Shown piece after piece: positions 38,014-50,434 of a stretch of 64,000 nt of DNA (the first letter of the stretch is position 1; every line of letters begins with the position of its first letter). This stretch comes from Octopus bimaculoides. Its lineage: Eukaryota. Below the pieces are notes generated by a model. It was not told the origin of the DNA, searched no databases, and was given only the letters and a program-made list of their open reading frames with translations. The DNA lies in the NCBI RefSeq assembly GCF_001194135.2, contig NC_068995.1:4741973-4805972 (forward strand). Direction: 5' to 3'. The translations under genes were made by a program, and so were the position numbers.

Positions 38014-38699
38014 GTTTGTATATTTCTTGTATCTGATTGGTTATTGACTCAGTGTTGTAATGTGGTACCCTGTAGTATTTGGCCTTTTTATGTATAAGGT
38101 TTAAGTGGTTGGAAAGTGGGGTTGTCAACATCCAGTGGAATAAATACCAGTCATACATTCAGGCTAATTTAATTGATTCTGCTCCTCTTTTCAAATTTGT
38201 GGCTTTGTGTCCCCGTCACGACGAACATACAAAATTGTAACCCATTAGTCATAATAGCAAGATGGCATCAAATGGCAGTAACAACAACAGCGAAGGCAGT
38301 GTGCTGGCACCTCAAGCGAAATGCTTAGTGGCATGTCTTCCAGCTTTGCTCTTTATCCATTGGGGTCAATAAAATAAGTACCTGTCACACACACACGGGT
38401 GTGTGAGTGCTCTAAGTTCTTTTAGTTTCTGTGTAACAAGGCTTTTGGCCAGCCCAGGGCTATAATCGATGTGTCCCAGGTGCCATGCAGTGGGACTGAA
38501 CTTGAAGCCATGTTAAATCGAGGAAAGAAATCTCCTTAACCACAAGACCATATATGTGTGTGTGGACACAGTTTGCCACCTTGTTACCACATGGTCTTAA
38601 GTTCTATCTCACTGTGTGGTGACTTGTGAGTGGAATTGATACACAAGAACTGTATGGATGGAAGCCTGTTGTAGGTATATATGTATACATATTTACATA

Positions 38700-38945
38700 C
38701 TTCCTACCAGGGCCTTATTCTCGTTCAACACAGCAGCTGTGGGCTGGAAGAGGTCCCATGCCAGCCCCGGCACCAGATGGCTGAATATAAGGAAGATCTC
38801 CAGAAACTCAACATCATCTTGGAGGATGCAGAAGGGCTGGGACAAGACTACTGGCAATGGCGGGTGGCGCTAATGGACCTGGCTGGTTCTATGCACGGCG
38901 ATGCCTTTGAGCCTGCTGACCTGGGATAACCCCAGCCCTGTCAAG
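38700..38945 (+). mobile_element. Decayed LINE ORF2 C-terminus in DONSON intron 5
   Basis: Frameshifted GWKRxxxxPGTRWL…EDLQKLNIILEDAEGLGQD.WQWR, the typical RTE-like terminal motif. Other decayed RTE tails at about 8500-8780, 21990-22038, 37530-37750, 39100-39320, 40305-40400, 41420-41600, 45575-45612, 56415-56560. Confidence 0.6.
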
Positions 38946-39369
38946 AAAGAGCATACATGGAGAAAGATAGAATGTTTACATATTTTGAAGAGTGTTAAAC
39001 TAAAGACACCAACATTTGTTGACATTCTTGCACCTTCAAGGAGGAGTGGAATAAAATTTACATTACTTACGAAAGCAGGTAGGGGTTAACAACAGACCTC
39101 AGTCTATACTTCTCTAACCCATTGTGGTGTGGCAATGTGCTGGTGGCATGAAAAAAGCAGCCAGTACACTTTGTAGAGTGATTGGCATTACGGAAGGGCA
39201 TCCAGCTATAGAAACCATGCCAAAGCAGATATTGGGGCTCGATGTGGTCCTGCTGCTTGTCAGGTCTTTTTAAACCATCCAAGTCATGCCAGCATTAAAA
39301 AAAAGGGTGTTAAATGATGATGTCTGTGTGTGTGCTCATTTTTCAATAGTTTCTTCTGTCTGTCTCCAG

Positions 39370-39551
39370 GTCGGAGAGTTTCCTGTCGGCGTTCGGTCAG
39401 TTACGGTCGGGCTATTGCCCTTACCTGTACGTCTGTACCCACCAGTTCACTGTGCTCTTCAAAAGGATGAAGACTTCAAAGAATGACTCCACCCTCTCAG
39501 CAGTTCTTACTCCGACAACTCGAGGACTCAGGGAAGCTCTCAAAAAGGAAG
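39370..39551 (+). CDS. DONSON: DONSON exon 6 (SESFLSAFGQLRSGYCPYLYVCTHQFTVLF…PTTRGLREALKKEG)
   Basis: CPY.YVCT.QFTVLF and PTTRGLREA are DONSON hallmark motifs; ctccag acceptor; G|GTGTGT donor; phase 2/1. Confidence 0.96.
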
Positions 39552-40529
39552 GTGTGTTCATTGTTTCATATCCCCTTATTGCCAAAGTGTGTGATATTAT
39601 CATCATCATCATATGAGTTGTTTGTTACCAGCATCTCGTGTCTGTATGTTTGTGTTTGTCAGTAAGTATTCAATTAATGAATTGTAATCTCTCTCTCCCC
39701 CCCCTTTCTGTCTGTCTATGCATATTTCTGTATGTGCAGACATGCTTGTTTCAAGTCCCAAAACGGTACTGTTTCCACAGTGGAGAATGCCTCCAGTTAG
39801 CCATTCGAAATCACCAGCGTCCAAAGAGTTTTTTGTTCAATTGTCTTGTCCTATGATGGTAGATAATCAGAATAGATGTTGACTGATGGCAATAGGCCTC
39901 GTGGAAGTGACGACGAAATAAGCAACAACGATGGCAAATGTGCTGTGCTGCAAACTTATCCAACCCACATTGATAGAGAGAAGCCAAATGTTAAATCATT
40001 GGTGATAGTGACGACTTACCACTTGTCCTTTGCAGTTAACCTCCTTGGATATTACACTCATGAGTCCTAGGACTCAGAGCGGATGGGGCAATTTGCCTGG
40101 TTTCCATGGTGTATAAAATGGCAAGAGATCACCACAGAATGGGACCCTGGTCTGTTGAGTTAGTCATTTACAGCTGAGTGGACTGAGGCTATGTGAAAGG
40201 AAGTGCTTTGTTAAAGAACACACAGCACCGTCCGGTCTGGGAATTGAAACCACGATCATAATATGTGGTTTCAACACTCTAAATCGGCCACACACCTTGA
40301 TAGATGGTGATGATCATTTAATGTCTGTTGTCCATGCTGGCATGGGTTGGGTGTTTTGGCCAGCTGGAGGGGGGGGTGTTGCACCAGGCTCCAGTTCTGA
40401 TTTTACATATTCTAAAACTTTTATAAAATATTTTCCTTTAATTTAAAACAATTTTTTTTTTTTTTTTTTCGAAAATATTTAAATTTTAAAACCATCTTTT
40501 CTAAGTTAATTTTATTTATTCATTGGCAG

Positions 40530-40632
40530 GGATTGAATTCAAGATGCCGTGTAATCCAAAAGGCACTGAAAGGACCTCCCTGGAATCTGAAGACTCCAAT
40601 ATCAGTGGGGGTCCAGTATCTAGAAATTCTAG
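40530..40632 (+). CDS. DONSON: DONSON exon 7 (GIEFKMPCNPK…SRNS)
   Basis: GIEFxxP continues the conserved EGIEFSLP motif; ggcag acceptor; AG|GTGAGG donor; phase 1/2. Confidence 0.9.
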
Positions 40633-42035
40633 GTGAGGAGGTGATGATTGATTTCTTATGAAAGGACAACCCCAGATGGGGGAAGAGAGAGATTGGATGA
40701 CAGTTGTGCCTCTCTTGTAAGCAATTAACAGCTTAATTGAAACAACCACAATGAATCTTAAGTCCTTGTTTCATATTTACATACTAGTGGGCATTTTAAT
40801 AGAGGATGTGGTGATATTCATGCCATCCTCAAAATCAAAATTGTATGAAATGAAATGAGTGGTTACAGTTAAGGATTGAAACAAGATCCCAAAATCTGGC
40901 CTTCTGCATATCAAGCTGACAAAGGAATCTATGTGGTTGCTCTGTGAAGGTGTGTGGTGCTGTGGTTAGGTTATTCAACTCCTAATTGTTAGGTCATGAG
41001 TTCAATTCCTGGCAACATGTGTTCTTGAGCAAGACACTTTATTTCACGTTGCTTCAGTCCACTCTGGTGGCAAAATGGGTTGGATCTCCCTGAGAACTAC
41101 ATGCAGGATGTTCATGTCTGTGGAGTACTCAGCCACTTGTACATTACTTCACAAACAGACTGTTCCATTGATCAGATCCACTGGAACCTTCACAATTGTA
41201 ACCAATGAAGTGCCAGTTTATATGGTTGGTCTATCTGCTAGATATAGCAGTCAAATCTTCCTCAACCCACTGTCTTGAAACAAAAAGTATGTATATATAT
41301 ATAAAATGATGCATTTGTCCTACATTAGTTCATGCCCGGTCCAGGAAATGAAAGCATGACCTCGTAATCGTGTGTCCAACAACCTTACCACTAGGCCATG
41401 CATCTTCACATGCACATACATCCTCGTCACATGTCTGGTTTCCATGCTGGAATGGATAGATGGGTTGCATGGAAACTGGTAAGCTGGAGGGCTGCACTAG
41501 ATTCCAGTCTGATTTAGCATGGTATCTATGGCTGGATGCCCGTAACGCCAACCACTCTGACAGTGTAAAGGGTGCTTCTTACACGACTGCAGCAACACAT
41601 GCCCCTGTGTTAATGTCTTAAACTGTGAGGCCATAAGAGTAGATATCTATTCATGGAAGGGTTGTTTCTCAAAGTGGTTTTGGGACAAATTGCAATGACA
41701 GGACTCCATGGAAGTATTTGATCTTTGTACAGTGCTGTCAACTTCTGAAACACCTTCCGTCATTGTTTAGCTCTTCAGCATTCACATTACTCTGTCTGAT
41801 GTCCTGCTTGTTTCTCTATTCGTATTGTTTTTAGTTAATCATGCATTTATCCTGTCGCTGTTGCTATTTCAATAACGTTATTGTTTTTAGAATGATGTTG
41901 CAAGGTAGGTTTGAAAAGTCAGGTTGGGCTAGTTTAAATGTGGAACGGTTAAAGCTGTTAGCCATTGTCTTCTCTTGTGTCTTGTTCAATGATGTCTGAA
42001 CACTTTTTTTTTTTGTTTTTCTTTTACTCCTGTAG

Positions 42036-42299
42036 CATCAGTTCACATAATTCCTCAGTTGATGATGATGGCGATGACGACGGTGATATTGATGGTGAAG
42101 CTGATTTATTTGAAGAGCAAGAGAACATAGTACCGAGTTCCGATCCTGAAGAGTTGAAACGGAATTTCCAGTCAAATGGAGAAATAGAGGAGGAGGAAGA
42201 AGATGGCTTCATAGCAGACGAGGGCGCTGCTGTATGGTTGGAAAGTATTGGGCTTGATAAGAAAAACTTCCCTTCATTGAATCCAAACAAAGTCAGACT
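42036..42299 (+). CDS. DONSON: DONSON exon 8 (acidic tract…AAVWLESIGLDKKNFPSLNPNKVRL)
   Basis: WLESIG aligns with vertebrate WLEEMG after an acidic run; tgtag acceptor; ends at the U12-type donor CT|GTATCCTTT; phase 2/2. Confidence 0.9.
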
Positions 42300-42653
42300 G
42301 TATCCTTTTCCTTATGCTTTACTCAGGGCTAATGTGAACTGTGATGTCATCACTGCTTTAACGAGGTTTTTAAAAATTTGTTTGTATGAAGGTTGTCCAC
42401 TGGGCCATTGCGCCTCCACAATATATATATATATATATAGGCACGCATGGGGTTGTATGGTTCAGAAGTTTGTTTCCCTACCATGTTGCCTCTCTCTCTC
42501 TCAGTGTGGGCAGGTGGAAGTTTTATGATACACTATTTACTCAGCTGAGCAATCACTTCATCACCCCCTCCCCTTCTTATATGTCCTTGTCATGCCTTTC
42601 CCTCATCGCCCTCCAGCTTCTTCACATTTTTTTCCCTTAATAAAAGATTTCAG
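42300..42653 (+). other. DONSON: U12-type (minor spliceosome) GT-AG intron, DONSON intron 8
   Basis: 5' end GTATCCTTTT; branch sequence TTCCCTTAAT at 42632-42641, 12 nt before the end of the CAG; both boundaries are independently fixed by protein homology. Confidence 0.9.
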
Positions 42654-42852
42654 TCATCGTGAAGGTTTTAAGCAGATTGACTGCCGCCCTGAATCGGTGA
42701 TAGTGCTAGACCAAGACGTTGACGTACAAGCACTGTTTAATTTCCTCCTCAACTGGAGAGCCTGCATCGCGGCTGTTGGTCCACAACATGGCATCCCGCC
42801 AACCATTTTATCACCAAATGCTTTCAAAGGGGCTACCTTGAAATCACTGAAG
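42654..42852 (+). CDS. DONSON: DONSON exon 9 (HREGFKQIDCRPESVIV…GPQHGIPPTILSPNAFKGATLKSLK)
   Basis: Aligns with vertebrate MDHRPESVVLV…[34 protein letters not shown] donor; phase 2/0. Confidence 0.96.
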
Positions 42853-43748
42853 GTAATTGGAAGTTTTTTTTTTTCTTTTTTTTCCATCCCATGTTAGTTT
42901 TGTCTAAGCAGAACTGTGATCAAGGGTGTTAATACTGTGGAACCACATGATCAAATGTCTCCTTCCTTTTCTAATAATATAAGGTGTGATTTGGTTGTTA
43001 GTTCTTTGCTGGTAAATCAACAATGTTTTTTTTTTTTATCTAACTTTTAGTTGAGAGGAAAGACAGTTTCCATCGGCTCTTACTCTGAGGCTGATGGAAA
43101 GAGTGGGGCAAGAAGGAGGGAGTTATCTCCCAACTGGGGGCCTCACCTGAATGCCTGCAAGGTGAGGTATTAGGCTGGTTGCCAGATTAACCATTTGGCA
43201 TTTAAACTGGTCTATATATTGTACCTCCTTACTGCACATACTGGCTAGATCTAGTCTCTCACACCTACCCTACAATGTCATTCTAAAAAAAAAAAAAACA
43301 TATTTAAATCTCAAAGCTACAAGGTTATGCATGATTAATTCAAGACTGAATTAATGAATTGAATAAATAATCTGAATGTTAAAGGGTTAGACTGATCATA
43401 TTCAGCCAAAATATTCTACCTGTTCTGTGTTCCAGCTGGTCAGATCCAGCCTCTCACACCTGCCTTAAAAATATTTTAAAAATAAACCATTAACTTTTTT
43501 TTTTTTTTTTTGTCTTAAAGGATTTCAGTTATTGTGGGGGTTTTAAATGGATTCACTGCCATCCTAATATACCATACCATGTGAGAAAAAGGGACATGTT
43601 TAATATTGTATGTCAGAAAATAAATGAGCACACTATTGTAGTCCAAGGTATACTATGTCAGAAAATTGGACGTATTATATATTGTAGTGCTAGGCATACC
43701 TCACTTTGGCAGCAATTCTTTTAGTGTTCCTTAATTCTTCCACCCCAG

Positions 43749-44075
43749 GTAAAACACAGCACAGCCTTACAGAAGGACCGACAGAAAATCAGCGTGCTGG
43801 AGATGGCTGGACCGATCTTGCCCACACATGTCCAGAGGCTAGTCAAGTTGATCTGCCAGACACAGGACCAAAACTTCAGCTTATCTCTTCACACTCATGA
43901 ACCAACATCAGCTCTTAACGTTCGAATGACGGATGCTTCCTTGAATCAGCCTCCCAGCAAATGCTCAAATAACAAAGTCGGTTCTGCTTTTTCTTCTACT
44001 TCTCTCGTTTCGGCATTTAAACATACTGTTTCAGACGTCACTTGTACTCCAGATGGTTTTGTCTGGTCGAGATGA
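43749..44075 (+). CDS. DONSON: DONSON exon 10, terminal (…LEMAGPILPTHV…HTHEPTSALN…FVWSR*)
   Basis: LE..GPI.P and HEPT..N motifs plus a terminal W, as in vertebrate DONSON; cccag acceptor; TGA at 44073-44075. Total CDS 1845 nt = 614 aa plus stop. Confidence 0.93.
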   Translation, partial: VKHSTALQKDRQKISVLEMAGPILPTHVQRLVKLICQTQDQNFSLSLHTHEPTSALNVRMTDASLNQPPSKCSNNKVGSAFSSTSLVSAFKHTVSDVTCTPDGFVWSR

Positions 44076-46417
44076 TGACTTTTTTTTTTTGTTGATTTTA
44101 ATTTTCTTGTTTGTGTTTTTTAAATTTTTAAATTGATATCGTTTTTTTTTAAATTTAATATTGATATCAGTTTTTTATTTTTAATATCAATTGATATCAA
44201 AGGTGACATGCTGGCAGAAACATTAGCACACCGGGCGAAATGCTTGGTGGTAATTTCATCTGTCTTTACATTCTGAGTTCAAATTCCGCCGATGTTGACT
44301 TTGCCTTTCATCCTTTAGGGGTCGATAAATTAAGTACCCGTTGTGTACTGGGGATTGATCTAATTGACCCCACACACACACAAAAAAATTAGGGCCTAGA
44401 GTAGAAAAGAACGTCAATTTTTACCCACTTTTTCCTCAATTTTTAATATTGATTTAATTTTTAAAAATTTAATATCAATTGATATCATTTTTTTTTTTTC
44501 CCCCCAATATTTTAACTTTATAAAATCTACATTGGGTTATAGATCGGCACACTCATTAGAGAATCAGAGTAAAATGCTTTGCAGACTTTGTCCCGTCTGT
44601 TTATGTTCTGTGTTCAAATGTCACCAAAGTCAGCTTAGCCTTTTATCCTTCTCAAGCAAACAATTTGACTAAAACTTTCCCCAAGTTTGTGATTTTTTTT
44701 TTTTTTTCTCGTTAGTAATTATTATTAATATTATCTAAGTTTAAATTCCACTGATGTCAGCTTTACCTTTCATCCTTTCGGGGTTGATAAAACAAGTGCC
44801 AGTTGAACACTAGGGTTGATATATTTACCTACCCCCTATCCTGAACTTGCTGGCCTTGTGTCTGAATTTGAAAGCATTATTATTATATTTGCTGTGGAAT
44901 GCATCAGATGTTATTAAGAACACCAGGAATCTCTTGACTGGTGTTCTTTGGTTGTTTTGCCCTTTAAGGGGCAATATTTTGTTTTCCGAAAGAAATGCTC
45001 ATTTGCATTTTTAAAAATTACTTGTAAAAGGTGTCAACACCTTCCAATGGATAAACGATGTTTGAGCAATCTCTTTCTCGGTGTTGGTGTCTTCAAAAAA
45101 AAAAAAATACACTGTGGAGAGACTTTTTGAAGTTTGTAATAAGAATCTGCTTTTCCTAACTACAATATTTGTTCAAAATTTTTACCAACAGACATGGTTG
45201 GTAAAAGCTATCATTCAGTATTTTATATTACCTAACTCATTAGTTGCAAGTGATTTATGATTTATTGTACTTTTTGAGATGTCTTTTATTTTCTGAGGTC
45301 AGGTTTCATATTTCTTTATCTCATAAATCGTGAAAGATCCAGTGCTATATAAATTCTCGTAGACTTTTTACAAATGCATCACTGTCGAGTTTTTGAGTTG
45401 GTCTTTTTTCAAAAGTTTGATTTTGTCTTTAACAATGTCTTGTAGTGTTGTAGTTTTCTTTATTCATTGGAACCATTGGCTGAGGCTAAAAGGAAACAGG
45501 TTATAATAATAAATAGAACACGACAAAGCCCCCAAAAAAGAAGTCGATCTTGTAAGTAATGTTGACCATATAAGTCCAACCCATGCTAGCATGGAGAGCG
45601 GACGTTAAACGATAAGTATCAGCAAGTAGCACCATCTAACTTAAGTGACAGATTGATGTAGAAACCTGGAAAATTTATGATAGAAAATTTTTATTGAAAT
45701 TCGTGTTGGATTAGCAATGGACATCATGTTTCAAAAGTTCTTTGTTGTTCTCTAAGTATTGGTGAGTGAGTAAGTTGTGATGTTGGTACAGGCAAACCAA
45801 CAACATACTTTACATTGAAGGACCACAAGCCAACTTTCAATACACTGCCCAAATGTGAACTCATTAATCTTGCCAAAAGTCATTTTGGTATTGTAATTAA
45901 AACAGTCTTATAGTAAATAGTTGGTCTAAAGAAATCTGGGCAATGGAATCTTTTGGAGTGACAGTTTCTGTGTCTGTTGAAAAGTTCCTCATATTTTTGT
46001 ATTTTCCAGTATATGTAGCATCTCTGATTGGAAGTTGCTCTGCTTTGGTTATAACATTGTAGATGGCTGGTGAAGGATGTAAGAAATATGTATAAGCACC
46101 TTTTCTTCATTAATCTACATTTTATTTTATTTGCCCTGGATAGACAATGCAAAACGTTTTAAATTGACACAACAGATGTAATCGAAAAGGCCATGTTTAC
46201 CTTCTTTTAATTTTAATCATTGCTAAATTGCTTACCTCCATACGACTAATCTTTGGAAGATATAGTGTGTGTTGACAAGGACTGATTGAATGCGGCATTA
46301 ATTGTATCAGTGGGGTCTGTAATAACGCCTGAAAGAAAAACTTGATGCTTTGCTATGAGATTTTGTAAATAGATTCATGGGTGTCTTAGTGAAACTTACA
46401 ATGATAATGTTCTCTCA

Positions 46418-47580
46418 CTATAAGTTTGGGCTTATTTGCACAAGACCTTGTAGACAATGTTTTTTTGTTTTCCCACGTGGAATGGACGTGAAAAGATTGT
46501 CTTTACTTCCTACTCTAGAGCAGCCTACGTAGAGTTGCCCATGGAAGAAGCAGGACTCTGCCAAATGCAGTCCAGCTAATGACAGTGTTTGCCCCCTGGG
46601 ACTTGTTGATGGACATGGCAAAACTGATGCGTAGGGGGAATTGAAGTCGCAGAAATTGGAAAGGGATGTCAGCATCAGATGGGGTAAGTGGAATCCTTGG
46701 TATGAAGACATCCTCTCCTTTTCCACATCCAGAAATGATGGTGGCTTTGATGACGTGCTGCATGGCAGTCTTAATGACAAGACGCGTAACCTTGCAGAGT
46801 TTTAGAAGACTTAGATTCCTCAGAAGCATAACTGGAGTTCCAACTTTCACTGGCAATATGAGGGAGCAGTCCTTGTGGTTCCAGTGAATTAAGAAATTCA
46901 ACAGGATAGTTGACTGCCTGATCAGGGTCAGGGATCAAATCAATTGATTTGTAGACATGAAGCCTACCAGGAATGACTTGCACCAGTTGATGGTGTTAAC
47001 CATGCTGTTTTTTGGAGCTAAAATAGCTCTTTCGCACAGCCAGTTAAGGTCCTGGTAGTTTTCATGCAGACGGGAAAAGACTTTTCCTTTTAGGTCTTCG
47101 AGGGTGTCGACATTTGTTGAAATCGAGGACAACGTAGTTTCTCCATCATCACTGAGAAGTGATTTTCCATCCCCCAGTGATGAAAGGTTTGCTGCGAATT
47201 CTGCTGCCTGTTGGTTGCTATGCAGTCTGGCTCGCATATTCATTGTAAGGGTCAGCGTTGTTATGTTTTGCCATAACAGACGATTTGAGGCACGCATTAA
47301 CTTCGTCTGCCCTGGTTCCTTTGAGAATAACTGGTAGAGTCTGCCGAAAGTCACCAGAAAGTAGAATCGTAAGCCCCCCCCCCATTGTAGTCGAGCAATC
47401 TCTGATATCTTGTAGTGTAGCGTTGAGGGCTTCAAGAGTATGCCTATGTGCCATGGTGCATTCGTCCCACACGATGAGTTGGCACTTCCGTAAAAGCAGG
47501 CCCTTGTCCGACATTTTGCTTATGTTGCAAGAGGGCTTGTCACATTTCGCCGATAATTTGATTTCACATGAGTCCACATC
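46418..47580 (-). mobile_element. Helitron PIF1-type helicase, C-terminal remnant
   Basis: LIVWDECTMAH, GDFRQTLPVI, LCERAILAP.N, LKVGTPVMLLRNL, FPLRISFAMSINKSQG and LYVGCSRV motifs; frameshifted. Confidence 0.95.
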
Positions 47581-47830
47581 CCTTCCATGATGTTTGTGTG
47601 TACAGAGCGATCATTGGGATCCACAAAGGTGACACTGTGGTTGACAATGGAATGGTTTGGTAGGCTGTTATATGCTCTCCAGGAATCTGTGATAATCTTA
47701 GTTCCTGGCAAAACATGGCGGGTAACAATGTTTATGCACTTCTATTTTCCACAGAAACTAAGACACGTCTCAGATTTCCCCGTTCAACCATTCCAAGAAC
47801 CCAAGCACATCCAAGACTTCTTCAAAGCAA
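47580..47830 (-). mobile_element. Merlin/IS1595-like transposase fragment
   Basis: RHVLPGTKIITDSWRAYNSL…VNHSVTFVDP…HTNIMEGMW. Confidence 0.9.
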
Positions 47831-49049
47831 ATAGTTCAGTGACTCAAAATTGTAGGGCTGTATTGCAAATTGGCACGTGAAAAATTTTGAGACGATTTTT
47901 TTTCTTTATCTCTCTCTAGCTCTCTATGTGGTGTCCTTTCAATCTACATGGTGGGCTGCTTTGGTATGTTCCCAAATTTGAGAAATACGTTGGCTCCCAG
48001 TCGGGGAGTCTGATGCCTCTTGCATGTAATTCACATTCTGAACAATCTTCAGCCATATTTTCGATTTGTGTAACTGTAAGGGTTATTCTGTGTTTACTAT
48101 ATTTTGTTCTGAATCTATATCACTGTCATTAAATCGTCCAAAAGTAGTTTTACATTGTCTCTAGAGAAAATGTGTCCACTTGCCCCAGTCTCCCCTACTT
48201 TCAAATCAAAATTGGGTGCACTCGGCAGAGATGTAACCCACCCGTTTCTGTTCATTAAAGAAGCCTTCAAGCAATCTATCCACATGCAAGAAATAACAGC
48301 CAAATCTCACACATTCTTTTTTTGCCTATATTCTTAATAAAAAAATTTTACATACCTGCTTCGTATGTCCTAGAAGCTGGTTATATCAGGACTTTTGTAA
48401 AAAAAAAAAAATTATTTCTAGGGGTGGGGAGGAATTTCTAAAAAAGATCCCATACTGGCCGGCTTTTTTCCTTGGCGATAAAGATTTTGGAAAAATTTCA
48501 CATGGTAAAAAGATGCTTTATGCATATATACTGTATGGCAAAAAGTTAAAATGCTTTTTCTTTTTTTTATACAAAATGCAACATGACAGTTACAAAAATT
48601 ATGAGTACTGGAATAACAGCCTGTTCTCCAAATTCTCTTGACACCCACCCACATTTGTATGTAATACACATAGAATACAAATTTGTTGAAAATATAAAAG
48701 AAATTTCATGTTACATACCATTGGAATTTACGAAGGATAAACCTTGGGATTATGTTTTCAACATCGTATTCCATTTTGTGTACTGACAGTTCCCAGAAAT
48801 TTCTTTAAGATCATAATTTGTGCTATCCAAATCGTATTTCTATATAACATTTCATCACTATATATCCATTTTCCTGAAAGTTATGAGGGAAAAATTGAAT
48901 CTTGTGAATTTTCTGAAAGTCCTCTCCTTAACCACCCCTGTTTGTGCAAATTTGTTTTTTCATATTCGTTTTCTACACATTTTTTAAAACCTAGCAGGCT
49001 ATTTGTTTTTTTGTTGTTGGGCCTCAAGCTTATAAAATATTCTTACCTG

Positions 49050-50345
49050 TCTCTGTGGCTTACAAAGTTCAGCAGCATCCTGCATTAATGTTTGGAAGAG
49101 GTTTACATGCCGTGTGTGCATCTCATTTGGTGTTGGATTTGCCACCGCAGGTTTTCGCTGTCGTTTGTGTGAGCTCTGGTGAGAGGATCCACGGCAATGT
49201 AAATGCGATTGACATTGAGATGCTTGAAACTTTAAGCTCCAAGACTATGTTTTCCAGCCGTCACATATTGTTGTTGTTCCAGGTTTAATATGCTGCAAAA
49301 TTAATGGTTGTGGCCCTATCCCGCTTGTTATTTAGCAATGCAATTAGTACATTTTGTTGGCTGTCACGGCATATGCCTCCAAACTCACACTGTCCTTCAG
49401 ATCTTTGATATTTTGTTTTCCTGAATTTCAACTCATCGATTTCCACTAATTCCTGGGATGCCAATGTCTGTATGTAGTTTTTTTGTCTCTACTGACCACT
49501 GACAGACTACGAATGATATTCTCTTATGGTTTCTGTGGATGTTGCTAACACGTTCTCATCAGTCACTGTCGGCCAATGAAAGGCTTGCTACGTGCACGGT
49601 TTCATTATGCAGCAACTGGTAGGGACGGGGGTGTTTACTACTCCACAAGTGGACCATTATAGGCGGTTACAGGATTATTTTTCGGTGGTAGTAAATAGAA
49701 TAATACCGAAAGATGTCGCAATCTTTACGGAAGTGTCGCCTCTATTTCGATACTTATCTCCATTGCTAGGGGTTACGTTGAAAAGATTCGTTAGTGTAAC
49801 GTCGTAGGTACTTGAGATTCATAGCTATTTTGGTCGCTGGTGTATAATTTTCCTTTGTGGTAATAATGAGACGTAAGGAGTAATTCCATTTAGTTGCTGT
49901 TGTTTACGGAAATCTTTTTTTAACAATGTTATCTAATGCATTAGCCCTTTTCGGTGATTTCGAAAGTTATGTCCCCAGTCTATTTATTATGGACTGGGTA
50001 GAAGAAAAAATAGCTTGCATTCTTTCATCGCAGAGCATGATTGTGAAAGAACTAAATTTAGGATATGGGCACAACAATGAATAAAGGTCGCACATTCATA
50101 TTTCTTTCTTACTTTTGCCTGTAACCCATTTAATTGTCCTGCCGTTGTAGCGGCACCATCATATTAAGTGTAGCACTTCCAGTTAACCATTTTTTCATTT
50201 CATACAAATTAACCTGAAATTGTCTCGTAAATTTCTTGTAACTTCACAAATTAGGTGAATTCGGTGTTGGTCTCCCACTGTTTATAATTGTTTTCCATCG
50301 AAGTCTCTTTTCGAAAGACTATTTCTCAAAATATCGTTTCTAACA
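49050..50345 (-). mobile_element. hAT (ZMYM1/Tip100-like) transposase remnant
   Basis: The - strand encodes YDGAATTAGQLNGLQAKVRKKYECATFIHCCAHILNLVL…KRANAL…ATKWN, containing the hAT D…CxxH…(R/K)W signature; many stops. Confidence 0.85.
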
Positions 50346-50434
50346 CGCACTTCACTCAATTCGAGTGACCACAGGCTGGAGAGTGAGAAAGGGAGTGTGT
50401 CGCTGGGTGCTTGGGATGTGCTGCCGTCACGTGT

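Noticed and set aside
43725-43748. TTCCTTAAT near the acceptor of DONSON intron 9
   Set aside because: The donor of that intron is a normal U2-type GTAATT, so it is not a minor intron.
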